This document shows positions 20,003 through 29,678 of a DNA stretch of 64,000 nt, in pieces. The notes below the pieces were generated by a model. The model saw nothing but the letters and a program-made list of their open reading frames with translations, did not search any database and had not been told where the DNA came from. The stretch covers positions 160,001 through 224,000 of the forward strand of contig CBDDEL010000014.1 of assembly GCA_965226885.1 (NCBI GenBank), read 5' to 3'. The DNA comes from Opitutales bacterium (GTDB lineage: Bacteria; Verrucomicrobiota; Verrucomicrobiia; Opitutales; UBA2987). Position 1 is the first letter of the stretch; each line of letters starts with the position of its first letter. The translations under genes were made by a program, and so were the position numbers.

Positions 20003-20725
20003 TTAACCTTTATCCAGGGTAATGTCCATCAAGGCGGCTTTTATTTTGGCGGCCGCTTCCTCCTCGTCCTTGCAATCGAGCTGGGAATAGGGCGGCAACC
20101 GGCCTATGCGCACATCAACCCTTGAAAATGGAATGGGGAAAAAATGTCGGTCCCAGGAATTCAATCGCCATGCGAGGCTGAAATTGGCGGAAATCAAGGC
20201 CATGGGCGTATCGGTTACCCTTGCCAGAAATACGGCGCCGCGCTTGAAATCGTAGAGGGGTCCGCTGGGCCCGTCCGGGCTGATCCCGATGTCCTGGCCG
20301 GATTTCCGGATGGCCAGCAGCTCGCGGGTGGCGGTGATGGAACGGCGGCTGCTGGAGCCGCGAATGGACCGGATGCCCAGGGTTGAGAAAAAGTCGGCCT
20401 CCCATGCGGCCATGCGACTGGGGCTGACCAGCAGATGGATTTTTCGTGGATCGTGAAAACGCCGGAATATTTCCGAAAATATGAAGGAACGGTTGTGCCA
20501 GCCAATGAGCATTTTGGGAATTTCGGTGTTGCGCAGCCAGGCCTCATCCAGCGGATCAATGCGCAGCCTGAGGGTGGCGTGCCAAAGACGGACAAAAAGG
20601 CAGGCAGGCCAAAAGAACAGCAGCCGCCAACCCCGGATACGATAAATATGACCGCTTTTAAAGGGCTGAGCCTCTCCACCCCGGACGGAACCGTCTGATT
20701 GGGCTAACGATTCGCTTTCACTCAT
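20003..20725 (-). CDS. DUF374 / lysophospholipid acyltransferase-like protein
   Basis: WHNR, IRGSSSR, SPDGPSGP, SWDRHFFPIPF motifs. Confidence 0.82.
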   Translation of the reverse strand: MSESESLAQSDGSVRGGEAQPFKSGHIYRIRGWRLLFFWPACLFVRLWHATLRLRIDPLDEAWLRNTEIPKMLIGWHNRSFIFSEIFRRFHDPRKIHLLVSPSRMAAWEADFFSTLGIRSIRGSSSRRSITATRELLAIRKSGQDIGISPDGPSGPLYDFKRGAVFLARVTDTPMALISANFSLAWRLNSWDRHFFPIPFSRVDVRIGRLPPYSQLDCKDEEEAAAKIKAALMDITLDKG

Positions 20726-21696
20726 GAATTAAGCCAATTATGATTGGATGTTGCCTTTACAAAATAGGAGTCTGCCCACCAATAGCTGGAAATGAGTGTT
20801 AATTCAATATTTTGAAATCCAACTGATTTAAGGTCGGATTTCCAGTAATCCATGGTCTGCTCGAAGGTAACCCGATTATCATCTTTGTGCAAGTTTCCCA
20901 ATAAAACCGGTATGAGAAATTCTTGTGCCACTACGTCCCTTTCCTCGCCTTCCTCATATTCACTAATGCCTGTTTCGTATTTTTCAAAATAATACCTAAA
21001 ACTGTCCGGCTCGCAGGGAGATGCAAATTCGGGGACGTCGAATTCGGCAAAGACAAAAGTTTTCCCATGCCGGCAAATCCATTCCAGCATCGTTTTGCGC
21101 TCTTCCATCGGTATAGTGTGAATGCTGTAGGTTGCCTGGATGATGTCCCAACGCTCCCTCTCTTCCCGGACAAATTCTTGCAACGGGCCGTTAAATGAGC
21201 GAAAATTTATCTGCCTTTCATCAAGGGCGGCACAGAGGCTGGAAAGCATTTGTTTGGACGGCTTGATGATACTTACCGATTCTACATTAGCTGTCAACGA
21301 AGGCAAAAGCGCGCGACCGTCTCCCGCTCCGATATCGAGCAGTTTCAATCCATTGTTTTGGACGTAAAGCCTGCGCAACAATTTTATCAGATTTTCATAA
21401 AGCTCGATATTTCCCCCGCCCCGTATGAAACGATTGAACCCATTCGGCGTGGCATAAATGGCGTCGCGGTTCGACGACTTTTTTTTGGCAAGATATTTAT
21501 CCAGTTCCGAAGCGACTAGAGATCGCGGATTGGACTCAAGGGCCAGGCCCAAATAATTTCGAGCGGCCTCCAAAAATCCTTCCCAGTAAGACAGGATGGT
21601 CTGGTAACAGTTGTCCAGAAACCCTTCCGCCGGGATTTTTCGGTGGATGGATTCAGGATCCTCAATATAACTTTTCCAGATACTTTCCAATCTCAT
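20722..21696 (-). CDS. Class I SAM-dependent methyltransferase
   Basis: LLDIGAGDG motif I. Confidence 0.75.
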   Translation of the reverse strand: MRLESIWKSYIEDPESIHRKIPAEGFLDNCYQTILSYWEGFLEAARNYLGLALESNPRSLVASELDKYLAKKKSSNRDAIYATPNGFNRFIRGGGNIELYENLIKLLRRLYVQNNGLKLLDIGAGDGRALLPSLTANVESVSIIKPSKQMLSSLCAALDERQINFRSFNGPLQEFVREERERWDIIQATYSIHTIPMEERKTMLEWICRHGKTFVFAEFDVPEFASPCEPDSFRYYFEKYETGISEYEEGEERDVVAQEFLIPVLLGNLHKDDNRVTFEQTMDYWKSDLKSVGFQNIELTLISSYWWADSYFVKATSNHNWLNS

Positions 21697-21773
21697 GCAA
21701 GGAGACTATTTCGGGTTAGGTTGCGTTTCGCATAGACACCAAATTCTTTCCGGAAAGGGAAAGAGGGAGTATC

Positions 21774-22130
21774 TTAAAAAGGCTTCCACAGCGCCAGGTA
21801 GGCGGCGATAAAACCGAGAACCAAAACGCCCCACCACATAGGAAGGGCCAGGGCCGGTTTTCGATTGGCCGCCGCGATCAATCCGCCAAAGGCAATCCAG
21901 ATAACGAGTTTTGCCAGAGCCCAGCCGGGAAATCCGTAGCCCAATTTTGCCAGCAGCCCAAAGCCGCCAATCAAGATCAATATCAGGCCAAGGCCGGATG
22001 TTATGCCCCCCAGTTTCTTCAGCCGAGCGCCCTCCACGCCCAACAAGCTCCGCCCGATCAATCCGCCGAAAGCCAAAAAAATCATCAGCGCCCCTAAGAT
22101 GTGAATCAATTTATAAAAATTTGCGTCCAT
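21774..22130 (-). CDS. Small four-TM membrane protein (SirB2-like)
   Basis: YKLIHILG N-terminus, WALAKLVIW motif, four hydrophobic helices. Confidence 0.7.
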   Translation of the reverse strand: MDANFYKLIHILGALMIFLAFGGLIGRSLLGVEGARLKKLGGITSGLGLILILIGGFGLLAKLGYGFPGWALAKLVIWIAFGGLIAAANRKPALALPMWWGVLVLGFIAAYLALWKPF

Positions 22131-22179
22131 AATAAGCTCCGTTTTTTGATTTTAATACAACAGTTTCCAGAAAACCTAA

Positions 22180-23742
22180 CCCGGATATTTCGTAAAAAAA
22201 GTATCGTTGATATGCTTAACTGCTGATATGCAGCAGGATAGATCAATAATTAAAGCAATATCAGCGATGACAAAAGGTAAACAATTAAAGCTACAGTTGA
22301 CAAGGGTAAAAGGCCGCCGTGTGCGGGTTGATTTCAAGGGCGGAGAGGTTACTTCGGATGCCGGACTGCTTTTGATCCGGGAAGTGGATCGGCAGTTGGG
22401 CTTGACCGAACGAGCGGCCCGACAGTTAGTGGACAAACGGCAGAAGGGCAAAGTACGCCATGAGTGGGGATGCTGCGGCAGCGCGTTTACGGGCTGGTGG
22501 CGGGCTATGAGGATTTGAACGACTTTGATACCCTGCGCCACGATCCATTGTTGCAAACGGTAACGGGGCGCATTGAAACGTTGGCCAGCGCGCCGACTTT
22601 GTGTCGTTTTGAAAACGGGCAGGATCGGCGGGCGGCCTTTGCGGTAAACGAGCTGTTGGTCGAACAGTTCATGGGCTCCTTTGCCGAGGAACCCGAAGAG
22701 ATCATCCTGGACTTTGACGCCACCGACAATCCGGTGCACGGGCTCCAGGAGGGACGTTTTTTCCACGGTTATTATGATCATTACTGTTTTCTGCCGCTAT
22801 ATGTTTTTTGCGGTGATCAGCTGCTGGTGGCCTACCTGCGGCCGAGCAAGATCGATGCCAGCAAGCATGCCGGGGCCATCCTCAAATTGCTGGTTAAACG
22901 GATTCGCCAAAGCTGGCCCCGTACGCGGATTATTTGGCGCGCCGACAGTGGATTTTGTCGAGACCGGATACTCTCTTGGTGCGACCGCAACGAAGTTAGT
23001 TACATCGTGGGGATGGCTCGCAATGCACGCTTGCAGCAAGACGCCCAGCAGTTGCAAAAGCAGGCCAAAGAATGGTTCGAACTAAGGGGTAAAAAACAAC
23101 GGTTATTCCAGGACTTCGTCTATGCTGCCGATTCGTGGCGATGGCTGCGGTTGGTCATCCATAAAGCCGAACACACCGCACAGGGGTCCAACCCGCGCTT
23201 CGTGGTGACGAACCTGCCGGGCGATCCCCAGGAGCTTTACGACAAGGTATACTGTGGCCGCGGTGAAATGGAGAACCGAATCAAGGAACAGATGCAATTG
23301 TTCAGCGAGCGCACCAGCGCCCATCAATGGTGGGCCAATCAGTGGCGATTGCTCTTGTCGGCGCTGGCCTACACCTTGATGGAAGCCATGCGCCGGTTAG
23401 CCTTAAAAGGGACGAAGTGGGCGCGGGCCCAATGCCACACCCTGCGGCTCAAATTAATCAAGATCGGAGCGGTCATCGTGCGCAACACCCGAACGATTCA
23501 CTTTCACCTAAGTGAGAGTTATCCTTGGGCCAGTCTTTTCAACCATGCGGCCCGCCGATTGGTGCCAACCTAAAGGGTGCATTGGTGCTGCCCCCGGCAC
23601 TACCGAACCAATGGGGGAAAGGGGGCAGTGTCTCTACACCCTGAAAAACACCTAAAAATCAAGACGATCTGCTCAAAATACAAAGAAATCCATCTCCAAT
23701 AGCAATAACGAGCCAAACTTTACCCTTCATGAAATATCCGGG
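22180..23742 (+). mobile_element. IS1380-family copy 2; transposase frameshifted by 4-bp deletion near 22464
   Basis: IRs CCCGGATATTTC / GAAATATCCGGG, flanked by CTAA. Reads CATGAGTGGGG where the other copies read CATGAGGTATTGGGG. Confidence 0.93.
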
Positions 23743-23868
23743 CTAAAGTGTTCACAATCAAAAAAGAATGAGGTGGTTGTGTTTGGCAAATGATTGGCGG
23801 CAGCCGTAAAAAAGGTCCATTGGAGCGGTTTGACATCTGATCGCCTGATTTCTTAAACATTTGCCCCC

Positions 23869-24315
23869 ATGCAACGAGAGGAAGACCGGAAGTTTTTGCG
23901 CCTGGCTCTGGAGGAAGCGCGTAATGGAGTGGATGAGGGCGGCCTGCCCATCGGCGCCGTTCTGGTGCGGAATGGTGCAATTGTGGCCAGGGGACATAAT
24001 CGCCGTGTGCAGGAGGGCGATCCCATTGCCCACGGGGAAATGGATTGCCTGCGGCGGGCCGGAAGGCAGGCTTCCTACAGCGACACGATTCTCTACACCA
24101 CCTTGAGCCCCTGTATGATGTGCAGCGGTGCCATCGTTCAGTTCAAGATACCGCGCGTGGTTATTGGAGAGAATGTCAATTTTGGCGGCAACGAAGCTTT
24201 TCTGGTGTCGCAGGGGGTGGAGGTAGTCCTGCTCAACGATGGGGATTGCATCGGTCTCATGGGGGCATTTATCAAAAATCATCCCGAATTGTGGAATGAA
24301 GACATCGCCGAATGA
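23869..24315 (+). CDS. Zinc-dependent cytosine/nucleoside deaminase (fungal Fcy1-like)
   Basis: HGEMDC...LSPCMMC motif and C-terminal PELWNEDI. Confidence 0.88.
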   Translation: MQREEDRKFLRLALEEARNGVDEGGLPIGAVLVRNGAIVARGHNRRVQEGDPIAHGEMDCLRRAGRQASYSDTILYTTLSPCMMCSGAIVQFKIPRVVIGENVNFGGNEAFLVSQGVEVVLLNDGDCIGLMGAFIKNHPELWNEDIAE

Positions 24316-24386
24316 TATGGGGGCATTTGAGGTAAGCCAACCCCGCCGTCAAGCAGGTTGGCTCATTGGGGTGTGCCAGGTATGTC

Positions 24387-26000
24387 TCAATCCTCGGCAG
24401 TCTTGCGGGATATCCAGGGAGTGATGAAGAACAGGGCTCCCATCACTGCGTAACCCAATGCCCATTGCCAGGCGGGAAACAACTCCGCCCATCCTCGCGG
24501 TCCACCGGATGTGCCGTTTATCAAATCGAGCAGCGGCAGGTTTACGACGGTGTCGCCGGGCGTGTAGCGGTAGGAGTGCATGAGGCCGGCCAGGCAGAAG
24601 ATGGTCCCCACCAGGCTCCAGATGGAGGCCAGCCGAAACCGATGGTCGATCACATAGACGGCGATGACGGAGAGGATGACGGCGGTGTACAAAAATCCCT
24701 GTTCGAGGGCAAACCCGCCCTCCAGGTAGAGATTGTTGGCGTGAAAAGCAGGGAGCATATCGGCTGAAAAAACTCCGCCTTCTCCCCCGTAGCCAACACT
24801 GCGCAGGGTATTCTTGGCCGTTAGAATACCCCAGGCGGACAATCCCGGCAGCATGCCAACGGCTACCGCTATGTAGTGTCTTTTTGGGGTGACTTCGAAC
24901 GATTGCACCACCAGAACGAGCCCGATCCAGATAAAGATGGCGATCCCAGCCTCGATGGGAATGGCCCAGGCGACCAGGGAAAGTGTCCCCGTGAGGCAAA
25001 TCAGGGTGATAAAAATTCCGTTCAGGGTAGAGTAGCCGGCCCGCGCCCCCATTGCTTTCCAGCCGGGATGCCCGATGTAAATCGAGGTTGGAAAGGTCGA
25101 ACCGAAACAGGCCGCCGCCATGGTGCCAAGGCCGTTGACGATGAGGGACGGCTTCTCCGCATAGGCGTCGCCGGCCGCTTCCGCCGACTCGATATTTTGC
25201 AGCGAGGCCAGGCCGCTGATTAGCCCCATGGGCAAAATGATGGATAGGTAGGGCAGCAAATTATTTCCTTTCAGGGCGGTGAACAGTTCTCCCAAAACAG
25301 GGTAGGGCAGGTAAAAACCGGTGTGTTCCAGAGGCTTTTCTCCCAGAGGGGCCACACCCGTCAGCCAGGCCAGGGCGGTTCCCACCGCTACTACAACGAC
25401 CAGCCCCGGTGTGCCTTTGAGAAACTGCACCTTGCCGAAACAAACCAGGAAAACGAGGCCCAGTGTGGGCAGCCCGATTATGGGCAAGGCAAAGAGCTGG
25501 AAAAGAAAACCTAGAGTAAGGAAAGCCAGCCCAACCCCGGACAAAGTGGCGATCATTGCCGCCCGAGGGGTTACCGCACGGATTTTTTTAGCCACGAAAG
25601 CACAGGAAAATTCGATAATCCCGGTGGCGAAACAAGCCACCAGTCCCGCATGCCAGGCCACCCGGTCAGGGTCAGCCGCCCCTTGCGCGATGGCTATCTG
25701 CTTGGCTGGAAGCATGACCAGGAAAACAAAGGCGATCAAACTTATGGTATTGATGCCATAGGGCAGGGCGCAGATATCATTGCGGCCCGTTCTTTTCGCC
25801 AGTTGGAGGGCTTGCCAGGCGTAGAAAAGATTTCCGACTAGAAAAGAAACGGCCACTCCCGGCAAAATTCTCCCGTAAACTATCTCCGCGGAAAAACCCA
25901 GTACGCCATTGAGCAAGCCGAGCAGCAGCAGCAACTGGACAAGGTTGTCGATGGCGATGGCGAAAAATCCATCTATATCTCCTTTGACGAAAGGCTTCAT
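24387..26000 (-). CDS. NCS2/AzgA-like nucleobase permease
   Basis: Multi-TM protein with GDIDGFF, ALPYGINT and IYIGHPGWKAMGAR. Convergent with the deaminase. Confidence 0.8.
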   Translation of the reverse strand: MKPFVKGDIDGFFAIAIDNLVQLLLLLGLLNGVLGFSAEIVYGRILPGVAVSFLVGNLFYAWQALQLAKRTGRNDICALPYGINTISLIAFVFLVMLPAKQIAIAQGAADPDRVAWHAGLVACFATGIIEFSCAFVAKKIRAVTPRAAMIATLSGVGLAFLTLGFLFQLFALPIIGLPTLGLVFLVCFGKVQFLKGTPGLVVVVAVGTALAWLTGVAPLGEKPLEHTGFYLPYPVLGELFTALKGNNLLPYLSIILPMGLISGLASLQNIESAEAAGDAYAEKPSLIVNGLGTMAAACFGSTFPTSIYIGHPGWKAMGARAGYSTLNGIFITLICLTGTLSLVAWAIPIEAGIAIFIWIGLVLVVQSFEVTPKRHYIAVAVGMLPGLSAWGILTAKNTLRSVGYGGEGGVFSADMLPAFHANNLYLEGGFALEQGFLYTAVILSVIAVYVIDHRFRLASIWSLVGTIFCLAGLMHSYRYTPGDTVVNLPLLDLINGTSGGPRGWAELFPAWQWALGYAVMGALFFITPWISRKTAED

Positions 26001-26148
26001 GGTAATGTTGGCCCGTAGAATGCCTATTATCCTATCCTTGGCAAGGTATTCAAACGCCTTGCCAAGATACCGGAAATGCCTCTAAGATGTGAGTCACACT
26101 GATGGAGGCACTTTCATTGCCCTCCGTATCCCAACCACCTGCCTACTG

Positions 26149-27768
26149 ATGAATAAAATGAAATTCCTATTCCTGAAAGAGACTGTAAATGGAGTCCAGA
26201 TACCTGGAACCCTTCTTTTTGCCACCTTAACGATTGTTGGTCTTGGTCTGAATCAATCTTATGGCCAGGGAGAGGCCGATCCCGTAAGGTTCTCCACCTA
26301 CAATGCCTCCCTCAATCGAAGCTCAGACGGGAGACTTGTCACCGATCTGTCCGATGCCGATGATTCACAGGCCAAGAGGGTGGCGGAAATCATTCAGCGG
26401 GTTAATCCAGATGTTCTACTCATCAATGAATTTGATTTCGTGGTGAATAATGAGGCAGTTGACCTTTTCAGGACCAACTATCTGGAAATGACACAGGCTG
26501 CCGGTGTTTCGACCATCACTTTTCCCTACAGTTTTGTGGCCGAGTCCAATACCGGCATATCTTCCGGTTTCGATCTCAATAATAACGGCACTGCCGTTAC
26601 CACACCGGGATCTTTTAGCTATGCGGATGATTCCTTCGGGTTTGGAGTTTTCCCCGGCCAATACGGCATGGTCCTGTATTCTAAATACCCGATTGTCGTT
26701 GAGGATATTCGCACCTTCCAAAAGTTTCTCTGGAAGGATATGCCGAATGCTCTTTTACCGGACGATTCCGGCACGCCCGAAGCGGGCGATTATTACTCCA
26801 CCGAAGAACTGGAGGTTTTTCGCCTCTCTTCCAAGAGTCATTGGGATGTCCCCATCGAAATCGACGGCCAGGTCGTCCATGTTCTGGTCAGCCATCCTAC
26901 GCCTCCGGTTTTCGATGATGATGAGATAGACCACAATGGCCGGCGCAACCACGACGAAATTCGTTTCTGGGCCGATTATGTGACCCCTGGAGCAGACGAC
27001 TATATTTATGACGACGAAGGGGCAATCGAAGGACTCGGAGAAGACAAAAGATTCGTCATCATGGGAGACCAGAATGCCGACCCGAACGATGGCGAGAGCA
27101 CCGGAGATCCTATCCAGTTGCTGTTGGATAACAGCAATATTGACACTTCAATAGAGCCCACCAGCTTGGGCGGTACTCAGGCGGCCCTGTCTCAGGGAGG
27201 CGTCAATGATAGCCATACCGGCCCTTCAGCCCTCGACACTGCCGATTTTTCCGATAATTCCAATGACAGCCCGGGTAACCTGCGGGCCGATTATGTCCTG
27301 CCTTCCGTCTTTGGATTTAGCATCATTGAGGCGGGTGTATTCTGGCCATTGAGTAGCGAGGGCACATTTTCCCTCATCAGCGCATCCGATCACCGTTTAG
27401 TATATGTCGATCTTGAAAGTGTGCCCCCCGACCCCGTCCCCGATGTCCTCGGGGGTCTGCCCATTGATGGCTTTCCCGGCTGGCATGGCTCGCCCTGGTA
27501 TAAGAACTACAACAACGAAATGTGGCCCTGGATTTACCATGACGAACACGGTTGGCAATGGGTTGACGACGGTAGCACAATTGACATCATTTTTTTGTGG
27601 GATTTGGGCCTGGGGGAATGGATTTTCCTCAATGAACAGACCTACCGATGGCTTTATTTATTCAGCCAAAACTTCGGCTGGATATTTACCTTTGAAAATA
27701 ATACAGCGGGCAGCCGTTTCTTCCAGCGTTTCGACGACGGATCGATCTTCAGCATTCCGCCCGGCTGA
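26149..27768 (+). CDS. Secreted endonuclease/exonuclease/phosphatase (EEP) protein with C-terminal Trp-rich domain
   Basis: TYNASLNR, LLINEFD, SHPTPPVFD, GDQNAD, RADYVLPS, SDHRLV. Confidence 0.87.
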   Translation: MNKMKFLFLKETVNGVQIPGTLLFATLTIVGLGLNQSYGQGEADPVRFSTYNASLNRSSDGRLVTDLSDADDSQAKRVAEIIQRVNPDVLLINEFDFVVNNEAVDLFRTNYLEMTQAAGVSTITFPYSFVAESNTGISSGFDLNNNGTAVTTPGSFSYADDSFGFGVFPGQYGMVLYSKYPIVVEDIRTFQKFLWKDMPNALLPDDSGTPEAGDYYSTEELEVFRLSSKSHWDVPIEIDGQVVHVLVSHPTPPVFDDDEIDHNGRRNHDEIRFWADYVTPGADDYIYDDEGAIEGLGEDKRFVIMGDQNADPNDGESTGDPIQLLLDNSNIDTSIEPTSLGGTQAALSQGGVNDSHTGPSALDTADFSDNSNDSPGNLRADYVLPSVFGFSIIEAGVFWPLSSEGTFSLISASDHRLVYVDLESVPPDPVPDVLGGLPIDGFPGWHGSPWYKNYNNEMWPWIYHDEHGWQWVDDGSTIDIIFLWDLGLGEWIFLNEQTYRWLYLFSQNFGWIFTFENNTAGSRFFQRFDDGSIFSIPPG

Positions 27769-27818
27769 CCTTTTTTTCTCTACCATGAACTTATATTAGG
27801 ACTGAGAAACAAAGCGTT

Positions 27819-28151
27819 ATGGACAATGAGAAGTTGGAAATATTCAGAATTCTGGTTGAGGCAAGGATCACGGAGATTAATGAAAAACTGGGAATGGGTG
27901 ATGCCGACACCCAACCCATCGCTCCCGATGTAGCCATAGGTCGTTTATCGCGATTGGATTCCATGCAGATGCAGCAAATGGCGCTCAATGCCAAACGCCG
28001 CCTGAAAACGGAATTGCAGAAATTACAAAACGCTTTGGCGCGTATTGATAAGAAAACCTACGGCAATTGCGGCCTATGCCGAAAAGAAATCGCCGAAGCG
28101 CGGCTAGAGGCTCAACTGGATGCCGGCCTCTGCATCCATTGCGCCAGGTGA
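27819..28151 (+). CDS. TraR/DksA C4-type zinc-finger protein
   Basis: YGNCGLC...CIHC with a coiled-coil N-terminus. Confidence 0.85.
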   Translation: MDNEKLEIFRILVEARITEINEKLGMGDADTQPIAPDVAIGRLSRLDSMQMQQMALNAKRRLKTELQKLQNALARIDKKTYGNCGLCRKEIAEARLEAQLDAGLCIHCAR

Positions 28152-28168
28152 GGCCACTTTACTTTTTT

Positions 28169-28495
28169 TTAAAGGTGCGGTGAAATCTTTTCGAGCAGGT
28201 CTTCCTTGCCTCGCAGGCCTATGATTTGTTCGACCATTTTTCCGTCCTTGAAAAGGAGGAGGGTGGGAATCGACTGGATGCCGTATTCTTTGGCCAGATC
28301 GAAGTTTTGATCGATGTCCACCTTGGACACTTGCAGTTGGCCGGTCAGTTCCCCTGCCAGTTCTTCCAGGATTGGCGCCATTTGTTTGCAGGGACCGCAC
28401 CATTGGGCCCAGAAGTCTACCAGGACCGGTGTGGAGGCAGTCTTAATGGAGTCATTGAAAGTTTCCGTATTTAAATCGAGCAGGGTTTCAGACAT
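28169..28495 (-). CDS. trxA: Thioredoxin
   Basis: WCGPC active site. Confidence 0.95.
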   Translation of the reverse strand: MSETLLDLNTETFNDSIKTASTPVLVDFWAQWCGPCKQMAPILEELAGELTGQLQVSKVDIDQNFDLAKEYGIQSIPTLLLFKDGKMVEQIIGLRGKEDLLEKISPHL

Positions 28496-28563
28496 AATTT
28501 TTAGACTGTTTAAAGGTTAGACGGGCAAGTTAATGAATGAAAGGGCAGCCAGGAATCTTTTTC

Positions 28564-28878
28564 TCAGGATTTTGGATCGTTTTTGGACAGCAGGTCTGAG
28601 AGCTCCCTGGCCTCGACATCTTCCAGCTCTTTGCCGCGATCTTTTAGGTTTTCAAAAGTTTTCACAACGGTTTCTGTCATGCGTTCGTGAGTCTCCTCGG
28701 AACCGCCCACGATAGAAAATTTTTCCGCCGCGGTAATACGTTTATGCCCATCCTTATTGTCAAGGCCGATTCCCAGCAGGCGTTGTTCCTGTTTTGGCGA
28801 TTTATTGTTCACGCTTTGAAGAAGTGTTGGTTTTGCCGTAAATATCAAGACGGAATTACGTTGACCTGCTATTTTCAT
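28564..28878 (-). CDS. Hypothetical protein (start uncertain)
   Basis: Co-oriented ORF between scpA and trxA. Confidence 0.65.
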   Translation of the reverse strand: MKIAGQRNSVLIFTAKPTLLQSVNNKSPKQEQRLLGIGLDNKDGHKRITAAEKFSIVGGSEETHERMTETVVKTFENLKDRGKELEDVEARELSDLLSKNDPKS

Positions 28879-29674
28879 TCATTTTTTCCGATTCCTCATC
28901 GACATCCAGTTCGGCTTCCGGTTCCTCGTGTGCGGTGCACAGGACATCCTCGAATTCCCCTCGCTGCTGCACGTCCAGTTTTCTCAACCGCACCAGTTCG
29001 AGAACGGCCAGCAAGGTGGCCACAAAGTAATTGAGATTGTAAGTCTCTTTTGTGAAAAGGCTCGAAAATAGAAACTCCCGACGCTTCTTAAGGACATCGA
29101 GGAGGTCTTCCATGCGGTCGGAAACGGTCACCGTTTCACCATGTATTTCGCCGACCACGATTTTATCGGCCAACCGTCGCAGGACCTGATTGAAGACGTT
29201 CCAAACTTCTATCTTGTCGGTCGGTTTCATCTCGCGGGGCACTTTATCTTCCTTGGCCAGTTTGCATTGACGTGGAAGAAATTTCTGCGCCTCCGCCATC
29301 AAATCGTTGATTTTAAAGGAGGCTTCCTTGAATTTACGGTATTCGAGGAGTTGCTGGACCAATTCCCAGCGGGGATCGATTTCTTCCTCTTCTTCCAGAG
29401 CGCCTTCCAGCGGCTGTTCATTTTTGGGCAGCAGCATGCGGCTTTTAATGTGCATCAAGGTGGCCGCCATGACAAAAAATTCCCCGGCCACTTCCAGGCT
29501 CAGTTTTTCCATCTGATCCAGGATTTCGATGTACTGGCGGGTGACCGTTTTGATCGGAATATCGTAAATCTCGATTTCATTTTTACGGATGAGGTAGAGA
29601 AGGAGATCGAGTGGACCTTCGAAAAGAGCGAGTTTCACCGGGTGTTCCAAAGGTTGGGTAAAGGCTTCGGCCAT
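28856..29674 (-). CDS. scpA: Segregation and condensation protein A
   Basis: FEGPLDLLLYLI, MAATLMHIKSRMLLP, LLAVLEL. Confidence 0.92.
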   Translation of the reverse strand: MAEAFTQPLEHPVKLALFEGPLDLLLYLIRKNEIEIYDIPIKTVTRQYIEILDQMEKLSLEVAGEFFVMAATLMHIKSRMLLPKNEQPLEGALEEEEEIDPRWELVQQLLEYRKFKEASFKINDLMAEAQKFLPRQCKLAKEDKVPREMKPTDKIEVWNVFNQVLRRLADKIVVGEIHGETVTVSDRMEDLLDVLKKRREFLFSSLFTKETYNLNYFVATLLAVLELVRLRKLDVQQRGEFEDVLCTAHEEPEAELDVDEESEKMNENSRST

Positions 29675-29678
29675 GATA

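Noticed and set aside
26037..26066. 10-bp inverted repeat between the permease and the EEP gene as an operator or terminator
   Set aside because: Explained adequately by back-to-back TTGCCA -35-like hexamers of divergent promoters; no U-tract.
27819..28151. Canonical DksA
   Set aside because: Short and lacks a clear DxxDxA tip motif; kept at family level.
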